A stretch of 64,000 nucleotides of DNA from an uncultured Candidatus Rokubacteria bacterium (GTDB lineage Bacteria > Methylomirabilota > Methylomirabilia > Rokubacteriales > CSP1-6). How positions within the stretch are numbered: position 1 is the first letter of the stretch; every line of letters begins with the position of its first letter. The notes beneath the pieces were generated by a model. The model ran no database searches. It was not told where the DNA came from and saw only the letters and a program-made list of their open reading frames with translations. Below, one piece after another: positions 41,206-53,555 of the stretch. Location: positions 64,001-128,000 of the forward strand of contig CAVWWD010000002.1 of NCBI GenBank assembly GCA_963758635.1. Direction: 5' to 3'. The translations under genes were made by a program, and so were the position numbers.

Positions 41206-44200
41206 GTGACTGATCGCCTGCCGATCTTGCTGCACTCCGCCTTGTACGCGGCGCTGCGCCGGCAGCAGCCCGAGCGCCGCTCTCGCTTCCGCCGTCTCGC
41301 CGACAGACTGGCCACCGGCCGCTGGGGCGGCGGCACCCGCGTCAAGAAGCTCCGCGGCGTGGCCAGGCCGGTGTTCGAGGCGCGCCAGGACGGCGGCGAT
41401 CGCGTGCTGTTCACCTTCGCGCGCTCGGCGGCGGCCGAGGAGAACGCGCTCGTCACGTACCTCCAGGTGTGGGACCTCGTGCCCCACGACGACGTCTCGG
41501 CGGCGGCGGCACGCATCAACCGCGCGGCGGAGGCGGAGTTCCTCGACTACGACGTGCTGGAGTCCGAGACGACGGACGCCCCGCCTCCCCACGCCGGCAT
41601 CACCTTCGACGAGGTCCCACCCGTCGCCGCGGGCCAGGCCGCCGGCCTGCTGGAGCTGATGCTGCCGCCCGAGGACTTCCGCCCCGCCGCCCGCGAGGAG
41701 ATCGAGGGTGGGGTGCGGTGGTACCTCCTGCCCGAGCGCCTCCTCGTGGACGACCCGCGATGGCAGGGCCTGATGGACGAGGACAGCGACGAGCTCGAGC
41801 TGAAGCTCACCGCCGAGCAGTACGCGGTGGTTCGGGCGGCGGGCCCGCTCTTGCTCTCGGGCAGCGCGGGCAGCGGCAAGACCACGATCGCCGTCCACCG
41901 GATCGCCGCGGCCGCCGCCACCGGCGCCGCGCCCCTCCTGTACGTGACCTACAGCGGATGGCTCCGGGACCACGCTCGGCGCCTCTACCGGGCGCTGTGC
42001 GCGTGCCGCGGCGACGAGCCCGGCGCCGCCCCGGACTTCCTCACGATGGAGGAGCTGTACCGCTCGCTCCTCGGGCCCGCGGGCGACAGCGTCGAGCGGC
42101 TGGCCGACTACGCGGAGTTCGCGCGGTGGTACGCGGGCGGCTTCCGCCGTCGCGACGCCGCGCTGGCCTGGGAGGAGATCCGGAGCATCGTCAAGGGCGC
42201 GTGCCTGGACGACGGCCGCGACCTCCTCCGCCGGGACGAGTACGAGACGCTCGGCAGGAAGCGGGCTCCGCTCTTCGTGGCCGAGCGGCCCCGCCTGCAC
42301 GAGGTGGCCCGCCGCTGGCAGGAGCACCTGCGCGCGGCGGGGCGCGCGGACGAGATCGATCTGTGCCGGAGGGCGCTGACCGCGCATCGTGCGCGCCCGC
42401 GCGCCTGGAGCCACGTGGTGTGCGACGAGGCGCAGGACCTCGCCGAGCTGCAGGTCGAGCTGCTGCTGCGGCTGCACGCAGGCCCCCGGCTCGAGGGGCT
42501 GTTCCTGGCCGGCGACCCCCAGCAAGTGATCAACCCCAGCGGCTTCCGGTGGGCCGAGGTGCGCACCGCCATCCGCGAGCGCGCCCGCGGAGGCGCGCGG
42601 CCGGTGGACATCACGTCGCTCCGGCGGAACTTCCGTAGCGTGCGCGGCGTGGTCGAGCTGGCGAACGCGCTCCTCGCCCTCAAGCGCGAGCGCACCGGCC
42701 GGAGCGACGGCGACGAGACCGAGGAGGCGGCGGTCGTCGGCCCGACGCCCATCCGCGTGGAGGGCGGCGAGGAGGAGCTTGCCGCCGCCGTGGCCGGGTT
42801 CGGCCCTCGATGCGCCGTGCTGGTGGGCTCGGAGGACATGCGCGGCCGGCTGCAGGCGCTGCTCGACACCACGCGCATCTTCACCGTCCAGGACGCCAAG
42901 GGGCTGGAGTTCGACGTGGTCGTGCTCTGGGGCCTGGTCGCCGCGGATCCGGACCCGTGGACCCGGCTCCTCGATGCCGCCCTCGACCTGAGAGAGGACC
43001 CGGCGTGCCGGCGCGCGCTCCATCACCTTTACGTGGCGGTCACGCGCGCGCGCCGCCACCTGGCCGTGCACGAGCCGCCGGGGGCGCCGCCCGTCTGGAC
43101 CAGCCGGTGGCTCGGAGCGCGGCTCGACTCCGAATCGTCGGCCTCGCTCGCGCGACTCTTCGTCCGGACGGCGGCGCCCGCCGAGTGGCTCGGCGAGGCC
43201 ACGTACTTCCTCGAGCGCGGCCGCCATCGCCAGGCCGCGGAGTGCTTCCGCCGGGCTGGCGAGGCGCGGCGCGAGACGGAGTGCCTGGCCTTGCACCACG
43301 AGCAGGCGGGCGACGGCGCGGAGGCGGCGCGGCTCTGGCTGGACCTCGGCGAGCGTGCGCGGGCGGCCCGCTGCCTCGAAGCATCCGGCGCGTGGGTGGA
43401 GGCGGGGCGCCTGTGGATGGAGGAAGGCGACGTGGCCGCGGCGCGCCGCTGCCAGGCCCGCGCCGCGGAGCGCACCCGCGACTGGGCGTCGGCCGGCGAC
43501 GCCTGGGAAGCGCTCGGCCAGTGGGCGGATGCCGCCCGGTGCTGGTCGAACGGCGGTCAGCGTGGCCGGCAGCTCCGGTGCCTCGGCGAGGGCGCCGAAG
43601 CGGAGCAGCGCTGGGCGGACGCCGCGCGGCACTGGGAGGAGGCTGAAGCCTGGGCCCGGGCCGACCGCGTGCTGGCAGCGCGCGGGGCGAGAGGCGGACG
43701 CGTCGCGCACGGAGGCGATGGGGCACGAGAGCGCCGGGCGCTTCGCCGACGCCTCGCGCGCCTGGCGCGCGGCCGGGAACGAGGCCCGCGCACGCCGGAC
43801 CGGTGCGACCGCCGCGGAAGACGATGAGCGCTGGGAAGACGCCGCCGCCCTCTGGGAGGATCTGGGTGAGATGCCGGCCGCGGCACGCGCGTGGCGACGC
43901 GCTGGCCGACTACGGGAGGCGGCGCTCTGCGAAGCCCGGATGCACGAGGCCGCGGGCCGGCACGCGCGCGCGGCGGAAGCGCTCGAGGCCGCGGGTGAGC
44001 TGACCGCCGCGGCCACGGCGTGGCGCCGCGCGCACGAGGCCAGCCAGCCTCCCTCGAAGACCGTCCCGCTCACGCTTCCGCCCGACGCGGCCCACCGGTG
44101 GACGGAGGGCGGCCGGCCCGCGCGGCTTCTCGCCAGGACCGCGGCGGCGGCCCGCTCGCACGCCGCACGCGACGCGCGCGTCCGAGGGCTCGCCTGCGCG

Positions 44201-45076
44201 GTGGCCGCGGCCGAGAGCGCCGGCAGGCTCGACGAGGCCGAGGCGCTGTGGACCACCCTCGGCGATCCGCACCAGGCGCTGCGCTGCCAAGTCCAGCGCC
44301 TCGAGCGCGACGGCGCGCTCGGAGAGGCCGCCGCCCTGCTGGAGCGTCACGGGCTGTTCCCGGCCGCGGGCCGAGCCTGGCGCGCCGCCGGCGACACGGC
44401 GGGCGTGACTCGATGCGAAGCCCGGCGGCTCCAGAAGAAGCGGCGCTGGCAGGAGGCGGAGGCGCTCTGGCTCTCCATCGGCGCCCAGGCCGAGGCGGCC
44501 CTCTGTCGCGCCCGAGAGATGGTGCTTCGCGGAGACTACCGAGCCGCCGCGGATGCCTTCGCCCAGGCGGGCCAGCCGGGGATCGCCCTCGAGCTCTCCG
44601 TGCTCGCCGCCCAGCAAGAGGGAGACTGGGACGGAGCGGTGGCCGTCGCGACGACCGGTGGCCGCACCGATCTCATCCGCCGCATCCGGAAGGCTCAGCA
44701 GGCCGCAGCCGCGCAGCCAGGTCCGCGACAGGCCGCGTCGGATGAACGCCGGGGAGACGGCAAAGAACACTCGGGCCGCCGACCCCCGCGAGCCCGAAAC
44801 GCCGCGCCGGCCCGCAGGTCGAAGTCGATGCGGGCGCTGTCTCGATCGAGACACCACCGGCGGGCCGGCGCGCGCGCCGCGGCTGCCTCCGACATCGAGA
44901 GGCTGGTCGCCACCGTTCGGCGACACCCGGGCGCGCGAAGCGAAGACCTCGCCCGCCTCTCGGGGATCCAGGGGCCGCGTCTGGCCGCGTTGCTGCGCGC
45001 GGCGGTGGCCGCCGGACACGTGGTCCGGTCCGGAGCCACGCGGGGCACGCGCTACTGGCCCCGGAGAGAGGGCTGA
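41206..45076 (+). CDS. RelE-like N-domain + UvrD/SF1 helicase + long TPR-like array + C-terminal HTH (TRANK1-like); one frameshift ~43665
   Basis: Helicase motifs GSAGSGKTT, VCDEAQD, AGDPQQ, RRNFRS, AKGLEFD and LYVAVTRAR; many W..AA..W...G repeats; C-terminal RSEDLARLSG...GATRGTRYW. Confidence 0.88.
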
Positions 45077-45264
45077 TCGCGCATTCTACAAGTGGCGTAC
45101 GCCCTTCAGGTGCGTGCCGATCGCGCCAGCCGGATCGGCTCGGAGGAGCGGTGGCCGAGTGATGCGTGGCCGGCGCGTTCTGCTGCTGCTGGGGACGGTG
45201 GCGTCAGAGGCCCGCCGGCTCGCAGCGCGCCGCGAGGAGATGGTGGCCGGTGCGGTCGTCGGTG

Positions 45265-45390
45265 CGAGAAGCAGGCCGCCTACTCCGTCGCTACCGCGGG
45301 CAAGATCGGCATCCGGAAGTCACGGCTTCCGGCAGGCCGCTCCGGCACGCCGGGCCGAACGCTTCTACGTCGAAGCCCGTGACGTCATCA
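45265..45390 (+). repeat. Degenerate copy 1 of a gene-like segment also found at 49766-49960
   Basis: CGAGAAGCAGGC.GCCTACT..GT.G.TACCGCGGGCAAGATCGGCATCCGGAA and ACGCTTCTACGTC are shared by both copies. Confidence 0.8.
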
Positions 45391-46073
45391 CCCGCGAGCG
45401 GCCACGGCCGGTCGCTCTGAGGTATCGGCCAGGCCCATGGCCAAGCCCGCCAGCCTCATCAGCAGGATGGTGACGGAGGCGGCGCCTGCCGCGCTTCTGT
45501 TCGGGCTAGTTCCTTAGCAGCGACAGATGATCAGGCAGGACGCGGCGACCGCCGCGACGATCGCCACCAGCTGCGGCTCATTTCCCTCTCGCATGGGCAC
45601 GCACTGAGGCGCATGCAGCGCGAGGCAGTCCCGCCAGGCAGTCGGGTGCGTGCGGTCAGGCGTTCAGGATCTCCAGGCCGCGTGAGCATGCCCGCGACGT
45701 TTGTCGGGTTGGTGCCGACCGCGGGTCCCGTGACTTCCCATCGGACATCAACCACTGTCGTTGCCTGGCGCAGGACCGTCGCCTGGACCGATATGACGCC
45801 GGCTTTGGGGACAGCCCTGACACAGCGTCCCGTTGATCTGGAATGGCCCCTGCTCCGTGACGAACAGTCCCAGCCATTCGTCTCGCATCGCGGTCTCCGG
45901 CGCGTAGGTAGCGAGATAGAAAGGCACGCCATCAGGCTTCATGGCTGCGCCGAACCGCGAGACAAGGCGAGATCCTGACGGCGTAGTGGTTGAGGCGAAG
46001 ACCCGTGCCATCTCTCGCACGCGCGCAATCTGTTCGTCCAGCAACGGGAAGACCGAGGGCGGGCCACCGTCAG

Positions 46074-49000
46074 TCAGTTGGCATGACATGGGGGCAACTC
46101 CTTTGCCCGCGTCGAAACCGTGCGCGGGCTCCGGACGATCGGCGGTCTAAGGTTAGGGGGCGTGTGGGGAACTGCTGCCAGGGATTCCTCGGCTTCGGCA
46201 AGCCAGCGGCTCATCTGCAGGGTACGGTACAGTTCCCCCGCGGCCGAGATGCTCCTGGCCGCGTCGTCCGCCCTTCCCGCCGCAAGCTCCGCGTGGCCGA
46301 GGCCGAGGCGGCAATGGGCCAGCAACGGATTGAGCTCCAGCGACTGGGCCAGCTCGATGGCCCGTGTAAAATGTGACTCGGCTTCCTCGGGGTTCTTGTC
46401 GGCCAAGCAGGCGAGCCCTAGGGCTCGCTCGGCGTATCCTTCGTATCCGAGCTCCCCGTGCTGTCGAGTACGCTCGAGCGCGCCGCGCGCAAGGTCCAGA
46501 CCTTCGGCCACGCGGCCGGCCAGCAGATACGCCTCGGCCAGACGCGCCTCCCAGACCGACTTACCCGCCTGGATCCTCACGTCAGTGCTCTGCTGGACGG
46601 CGAACGACAGGAGCGGCAGGCCCTCGTCGATCCTCCCGATCAGGACGTATCCGTATCCAAGGTGGGAGCTGGCCACACTCACCATGTGCGGCAGGTCCTG
46701 TGCCCGACACGTCTCGAGGGCTACCTCGGCGAGCGCAATAGCGGACTCGATGGAGCCTTGTCGAAGTAGCGCGAAAGCCCAGGAGGAGGTATTGGTGTGG
46801 ATAAGATCGAAGGGGCCGCCGAAGGAGTCCAACAGCAGCCGTGCCTCGCGTCCGTAAAAGCTCGCCTGATCGAACAATCCCAGCTCGGCAGCGGCAATGA
46901 CCATCCAGCCGCGAGAGATCACGGACGGAAGGCCGGGCATTCCGTACCGCTCGCGCGCTCGCGGTCCAGCGAGATAGTCGACGTTGTGCTCGAGTACGCC
47001 GAGGGCGGCGCGATTGCGCCCGCCCGCATGGAGGGCTTGGGCGAGGTGAATACGGGGGACGACCTGAAGATCCGGCCGATCCAGGCGCGCGGCCAGCGGG
47101 ATCGCGTGCTCGGCATGCTCTATCGACTGGACGAGCTGACCGGAGAGATACGAGTGCCCGGCTCGGAAGCCCGCGATGCGTCCCAGCCGGAACTCATCGT
47201 TGATGCGCTCGGCGAGGGCCTCCGCTTGGGTCAGGCACTGGCCGACCTGCTGCAGATCCTGCAACGCGAGGAACGCGGACCGCAGATCCAGCAGGCTGTC
47301 GATGGCGTGCTGGATCGTGTCGACGGATTCCGGCAGATGAGCCAGCGCATCCAGCGTTTGCTGCGCGTACGCAACCGCCTCGCGGATGGCCGGCCTGCCG
47401 AGCGCCTTCTCGGTCGCCAGCCGCAGATAGGTGACCGCTCGCTCCCAGCGCTCTCCGCGCACCGCGTGATGGCTGAGGCGATCCACATGCTCAGGCAGCC
47501 GATCGGCGTAGACCTTCTCGATCGCCGCCAGGATCGCAGCGTGCAGCAGCGCCGGCGGTCCTGCAGAACGCTGCCGTACGCGACCTCGTGGGTCATCGTG
47601 TGGGTGAAGGTTAGCTCGAGTACCGGGAAGAGGTTCGCCTCGTAGAGGAACTCCGCGCTTCGAAGCAGGGCGACCTGCTGGCGGATTTCGGCGTCGGGAA
47701 GACCGCTCACCGCCCGCAGAAGCTCGAAGGTACGTCCTTGCCGATGACGGCCGCGGACTGCAGCAGTCGCTTCGTGTCGGGAGGCAGGCGGTCGATCTGG
47801 GCCGCCAGGACCGCTTGCACGGTCTCGGGCACCTGGATGCTCTCCGAGGCGAATGGACGAGTTGATGGCGCCCTGACTCTCCGGCCAGGGCGCGCGTCTC
47901 GAGAAGAGCACGGACGCTTTCCTCGAGGAAGAACGGATTGCCGTCGGTGCGTGCAATCAACGCGCGCTTGACCGCATCGAGACTAGGGTCGTTGCCGAGT
48001 AGCCCTTCGAGGAACTTCTGCGAATCCGCGGGCACGAGGGGATCCAGCCGGAGCTGGGTGGAGAAGGTACGCCCGGCCCAGGTGTGTTCGAAGTCCGGCC
48101 GGTAGTTCAGCAGCAGCAGGATATGCGCGTCGGACAGATGTTCGATGAGATCGTCTAGGAGCGCGAAGGTCTGCGGATCCGTGATGTGGAGATCTTCGAA
48201 GATAAGGCAGACCGGCTGCACGAGGCTCTCGCGGAGCAGGAGCGTCCTCGTGGCCTCGATCGGTGCGCTGGCGCCGCTCGCGCGGATCGAGGCGTTCGAA
48301 GGGGCTGCCCGCGGGAAGGGCGTCGAGCAGGGCCAGCAGTGGTGGCACGATGCGACGCAGACCCTCCTCGAGGGTGAGCACGATGCCCGTGACCTTCGCC
48401 TGTATGCTCCGGACATCATCGCGGCTATCGATCTTGAAATAGCCGCGTAGGAGCTCGACGAGCGCGTGGTAGGCCGCCAGTCGCCCCTGGGACAGTGAGG
48501 CGCTCTCAAGTACGAGCCACTTCTGATGCGCCTGTCCGCGCACGAATTCGTAGAAGAGGCGAGACTTGCCGACGCCGAGTTCCCCGATAACGGCCACGAA
48601 CTGGCGGTGCCCCGCGTGAACACGTTCGAGCGCCCGGGTCAGCTGTCGCATCTCGTCGGTGCGCCCGACGAATGGCGATAGACCCCGCGCGGCCGTCGCC
48701 TGCAGGCGCGAGCGCACCTTGATCGCCCCGGTAAGTTCGTAGACGCTCAGGGCGCGGTTGAGTCCCTTCACCGGCACAGGCCCCAGTGCTCGAACCTGGA
48801 TGTACCCCTCGCTCAGGCGAAAGGTATCCGACGTGAGCAGAGTCGTCCCAGGCCGCGCCAGCTGCTCCATCCGTGCAGCGAGGTGGGTCGTTTCGCCGAC
48901 CGCGCTGTAGTCCATGCTCAGATCAGTGTGGACGGATCGCACGACAACTTCACCCGAGTTGAGACCGACCCGGATCTGGAGATCGAGACCTTCCGTGCTT

Positions 49001-49545
49001 CGTACATGCTCGGCGTATGCGGCGACGCGCTCGTGCATTCGGAGGGCGGCGTAACAAGCGCGGATGGCATGACATACTCGTGGGCCACCGGGGCGCCGAA
49101 GGGCGCCATGATGCCGTCGCCCATAACCTGGTTTACCAGCCCTTGTACTCGGGAACCGCCTCGACGATTCGCTCCGCCACGGCATCAAGGAATCTGCGTG
49201 CCTCCTCGGGGTCGCGGTCGGTGAGCATCTCGATGGGGAGAGCCGTTGAGATCCAGCGAACAGGACGGTAACTTGCTTGCGCTCCCCTTCTAGCAGGGCC
49301 AGGCGTATTGAGGAGTCCTTCGACCTGATAGGGGGGAGGGACCTGCTGGGCGATCTGCACCTTCAGTCGGTCGGCCTGGTCGTGCTGAGCCGAAGCGCGG
49401 TGCCGCAGGCCTTGCAGTAGCGATACGAGAAGGCATAGCTTGTCCGGCAGCGCTCGCAGGTCGTGACGAGTTTTGCGCCGCAATCGGGGCAGAAGCTCGC
49501 CTCCGCGGGCGCTCGCTTGTGGCAGCCCGAACAGCGCGTGGTCAT
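46074..49545 (-). pseudogene. Double zinc ribbon + class III adenylate/guanylate cyclase + AAA ATPase + TPR (STAND), multiply frameshifted
   Basis: CSGC..CPDC..CERC..CKAC, MGDGIMAPFGAP, IRVGLNSGEV, GELGVGKS, FEDLH and DGNPFFLEE motifs; about 7 frame breaks; visibly lower GC3. Confidence 0.88.
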
Positions 49546-49765
49546 TGCGGTCTTACTGCGCCCTTTGCGCTTCATCCGGAGCTAGTTACGCCTCCGATCG
49601 GTCGATGCTGGACGGCGCGCGGGCGGACTCTCCCGTGAACCAAGCTGAGACTAGACGTGAACCAGAGGGTGGTCAAGAGGGCCGGGCGCCCGCCTTCCGC
49701 GCCACCACGATCGCCCGTGGATCAATCTCGACCATTTGAACGCGGCGGAGATGGACGCCCTTCGT

Positions 49766-49960
49766 CGAGAAGCAGGCGGCCTACTACAAGCAGGCGGCCT
49801 ACTACGTGGATACCGCGGGCAAGATCGGCATCCGGAAATGGCGTGGTTTCGGCTGGGCACTTCCGCCGAGGCTGCTTCCGGTAGTTCGCTTCCCGCCGGC
49901 GGCTTCGGGCAGGCCGACGGACGCTTCTACGTCAAGCCTCGTACCACCGTCATCAACACC
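49766..49960 (+). repeat. Degenerate copy 2, with an internal 18-bp tandem duplication
   Basis: AAGCAGGCGGCCTACTAC at 49770-49787 and 49788-49805. Confidence 0.8.
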
Positions 49961-50306
49961 TAGCTAGTCTAGAGGGTGACGGCGGCGGCGACGGCCGCTA
50001 CCGCCACGAGAAGGAGGGCCACGAGTCCGACGAACAGCAAGTCGCTGACGCTGCCCCCGGCCGGCCTCACCCGGCGACATCGTCCCGCGGAGGCGCAGCA
50101 GGGCCGGGTTCTTCTGATTGGCCTTCCACGCGGCGTCGAGGGCAGTTGCACGAACTGCCGCAGCTACACCGGTCCGGTTGACTGAACACGCAAGAGGAAT
50201 GGCCCGGCCACAAGCCGGACCGCGACTACGTGGAAGCGCGGAGACTTGCGGCCACAGGCGGAAGGGCGCACGATCGGCCCCACCCGCGATCACAGGAGGA
50301 GCGCCC

Positions 50307-51176
50307 ATGGCGACGACCGTTGGAAGCGGCAGCTACCAGTACGAGCTGAACGAATCCTGGGCGAGGCTGCCAACCGGCTGGGCGTGGGGACAGGTCAGCG
50401 CGGTCGCGACCGACTCGCAGGACCGCGTCTACGCCTTCCAGCGAAAGGATCCCCCGGTCGTCGTGTTCGATCGCGACGGCAACTATCTGACCTCGTGGGG
50501 TCACAGCGCCATCAAGGATCCGCACGGCATCGCCATCGTCGACGACCTGGTCTATCTGACCGATCGCGACGACCACGTCGCCCTCAAGTTCACGCTGGAC
50601 GGCAAGCCCCTGATGATCCTCGGGACGCGCGGCCAGCCCTCGGACACGGGGGCCACCAAGGACATCGAGCTTCCACCGCGCTCGGCCGGGCCCTTCAACA
50701 AGCCCACCGAGATGGTCCCGGCCCCGTCGGGCGATCTCTACGTCTCGGACGGCTACCGGAACAGCCGGGTGCACCGCTTCTCGAAGGACGGCGCCCTGAT
50801 CTCCTCGTGGGGGACGCCGGGCAAGGAGGCGCCGGGCGAGTTTCACCTGCCGCACAGCCTCTGGGTGGGGCCCGACGGCTCCGTCTACGTCTGCGATCGG
50901 GAGAACAGCCGGATCCAGGTCTTCACCGCCGAGGGCAAGTTCGTCTCCCAGTGGCGCGACATCAAGAAGCCGACCGACATCTACTTCAACAAGCAGCAGG
51001 TGGCCTACGTCAGCGAGCAGCGGCCGTCGATCAGCATCATGGATCGGAGCGGCACGGTGCTCGCCCGCTTCGACACGCCAGGCTCGGGCCACGGGCTCTG
51101 GGTCGATTCCGCCGGCGACATCTATCTCGCCGAAGCCGGGGGCAAGCGGCTCACCAAGTACGTCCACAAGCACTGA
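50307..51176 (+). CDS. NHL-repeat beta-propeller (peptidyl-alpha-hydroxyglycine lyase-like)
   Basis: DPHGI, FNKPTE, YVSDGYRNSRV, FHLPHSL and YVCDRENSRIQVF motifs; RBS AGGAGG. Confidence 0.9.
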   Translation: MATTVGSGSYQYELNESWARLPTGWAWGQVSAVATDSQDRVYAFQRKDPPVVVFDRDGNYLTSWGHSAIKDPHGIAIVDDLVYLTDRDDHVALKFTLDGKPLMILGTRGQPSDTGATKDIELPPRSAGPFNKPTEMVPAPSGDLYVSDGYRNSRVHRFSKDGALISSWGTPGKEAPGEFHLPHSLWVGPDGSVYVCDRENSRIQVFTAEGKFVSQWRDIKKPTDIYFNKQQVAYVSEQRPSISIMDRSGTVLARFDTPGSGHGLWVDSAGDIYLAEAGGKRLTKYVHKH

Positions 51177-51202
51177 GACCGGCGCCACACCGGAGGAGAG
51201 AC

Positions 51203-52260
51203 ATGCCTGACGTGCTGTACGTAGGTCTCCAGGACGGCGACAAGATCTTGACGTTCACGATCGACAGCGGCGCCGGCACGGTGGCCCTCCAGGCCGAGAC
51301 GCCGGCCGCCGGCGCGCCCTCGGCCTTCGCAGTGAGCCCGGACCGGCGCGTGCTGTTTGTCGGGTATCGCGGGACCCCGGCGATCGAGAGCTGTCGCATC
51401 GACTCGGCCAGCGGCGCGCTGACCTCGCTCGGGCGCGTCGCCACCGAGCACCCGCCGACCTATCTGGCCACGGACCGCGCGGGCAAGTACCTCCTGTCGG
51501 CCTACTACCAGGGTGGCTATGCTGCCGTGCACGCGCTCGGAACAGATGGTGCGGTGCGCGGCCCGGCGGTCGACCGGCAGAACACCGCGCCCGGAGCGCA
51601 CGCGATCCTGACCGACCCGTCGAACCGCTTCGCCTTCGTGCCGCACATCGCGCGCCAGAACGACAACGTCCTGGAGCCGCCGAAGAACATCCCCGGCCCC
51701 AATTTCATCGCGCAGTTCCGGTTCGATCCGGCCAGTGGGCGCCTCAGCCCCAACGCGCCGTTCAAGCTCGAGCCTCGCGAGCCCATCGGGCCGCGGCACT
51801 ATTGCTTTCATCCCACGCTCGACGTCGCCTATTTCTCGGACGAGCAGGGGTGCAGCGTCACGGCCTACCGCGTCGATCGCGCCGCGGGAACTCTGTCCGC
51901 CATGGAAACGACTCGATCGCTGCCCGACGGCGTCACCGTGCGCAATACCTGCTCACAGATCCACCTGACGCCGTCGGCCCGGTTCCTCTACGTCGGCAAC
52001 CGCGGGCACAACAGCATCGCTGGCTTCGCGGTCGATCGGGCGACGGGGCGCCTGACGCCGGCCGGGCACGCTCCGACCGAGGCGGTCCCCACCGCCTTCG
52101 GTCTCGATTCCGGCGGGAGTCTCCTGTTCGCCGCCGGGACCGCATCCGGGCGGCTCGCCTCGTACCGGGTCAACGGCGAGACCGGCGCGCTGACCCCCTG
52201 GAGACCCACACGGTCGGACAGCGGCCGGCCGCGGTGCTGGCGGTACCCCTCGGGGGCTGA
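51203..52260 (+). CDS. Lactonase (6-phosphogluconolactonase/cycloisomerase-2 family); frameshift near the 3' end (~52200)
   Basis: GAHAILTDPSNRF, GPRHYCFHP and FLYVGNRGHNSIA motifs. Confidence 0.9.
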
Positions 52261-52303
52261 TCTCCTCGCGGCCGCCCGTCACCCGATGGCCACGGAGGGA
52301 ACC

Positions 52304-53320
52304 ATGCCCACCGGAGATGCCGACTGGCTCGCGTTGACCCCGGAACCGACCCTGGAGTCTGAGCTTCCCATCTGTGACGCGCATCATCACCTGTGGGAAT
52401 TCCGACCCGAGCCGGTGCCCTATCAACGGTATCTCCTGGCCGAGCTCGCCGAGGATCTCGGGAGCGGTCACAACGTGCGGGCAACGGTGTTCATCGAGGT
52501 CAAGGCGCGATATCGCTCCGATGGCCCGGAGGACATGCGTCCCGTAGGGGAGGTCGAATTCGTCGAAGGCCTGGCGACGGAGAGCGCCCGTGGTCGGTAC
52601 GGGCGCACTCGGATGGCCGCCGCCATCATCGGCTACGCCGACTTGAAGCTGGGCGAACGCGTCGCTCCGGTGCTGGACGCGATGCAGGCCGCCAGCCCTA
52701 CCCGGTTCCGCGGTGTCCGACACTCCGTCGGGTGGGATGCCAGTCCGGACCTGGTGAAACGAGAGATCCAAGGCGTGCTGTCCAGCGAACAGTACCGGGC
52801 GGGCGCCCGGGAGTTAGCGCGCCGAGGGCTGTGCCTGGAGAATTCGCTCTACCATCCCCAGCTGGAGGAGCTGGCCGCGTTCGCCCGAGCGGTGCCCGAC
52901 CTCACCATCGTCCTGAACCATATCGGCGGTCTGGTTCGGATCGGCGCATACGCCAACCGGGATGACGAGGTGTTGCCCGCCTGGAGGCGCGGTATTGCCG
53001 CGGTCGCGGCCTGTCCCAACGTGATCCTCAAGCTCGGTGGGGTCGGCCAGCGCCGGTTCGGCTTCGACTGGCATGCGCGCGCCAAGCCCATAGACTCGGA
53101 AGAGTTGGCCGCCGCGCTGGCCCCGTTGATGCACTACTGCATCGAGCAGTTCGGCCCCCGCCGTTGCATGTTCGAGAGCAACTTCCCCGTGGACAAGGTG
53201 TCCTACTCCTACAACGTCCTGTACAACGCCTTCAAGCGGCTGTCCCAGGGCTACTCACCCGCGGAGCGCGCGGCCTTGTTCCACGACACCGCGGCCCGCG
53301 TCTATCGACTCGCCGTCTGA
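52304..53320 (+). CDS. Amidohydrolase_2 family protein (lactonase-like)
   Basis: ICDAHHHLW, FRGVRH, VLNHIG and RCMFESNFPVD motifs. Confidence 0.92.
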   Translation: MPTGDADWLALTPEPTLESELPICDAHHHLWEFRPEPVPYQRYLLAELAEDLGSGHNVRATVFIEVKARYRSDGPEDMRPVGEVEFVEGLATESARGRYGRTRMAAAIIGYADLKLGERVAPVLDAMQAASPTRFRGVRHSVGWDASPDLVKREIQGVLSSEQYRAGARELARRGLCLENSLYHPQLEELAAFARAVPDLTIVLNHIGGLVRIGAYANRDDEVLPAWRRGIAAVAACPNVILKLGGVGQRRFGFDWHARAKPIDSEELAAALAPLMHYCIEQFGPRRCMFESNFPVDKVSYSYNVLYNAFKRLSQGYSPAERAALFHDTAARVYRLAV

Positions 53321-53555
53321 CCGAGCGCGGCCGTCACGCGCTCGTCCGTTCCGCCGCCACGCCTGTCATCTCGCTGGTCGAGCGCCGCAGCGGGGACCGG
53401 ATGGACCGCGTGTACATCGGCGCGGTCGCGGGCGGCTTCATGATCCGCGCCGAGAACAGCGCCCCGCACGTCTTCCGCTGCCAGTGAGGGACGGCGTCCG
53501 CCGGCGAGCGCGGTCGCGCTCGCCGGCGGACATGAGCGGGGGGCGGAGCGAACGC

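Noticed and set aside
43150..44700. TPR-like region as a DNA tandem repeat array
   Set aside because: The periodicity is at the protein level only; the nucleotide units are highly diverged.
45480..46070. Lower-GC minus-strand ORF fragments after the cyclase
   Set aside because: Broken frames and no recognisable motif; I cannot assign them.
50246..53320. 1024-aa lactonase-amidohydrolase fusion
   Set aside because: It arises from a frameshift near 52200; each gene has its own RBS, and the lactonase stop is at 52260 in another frame.
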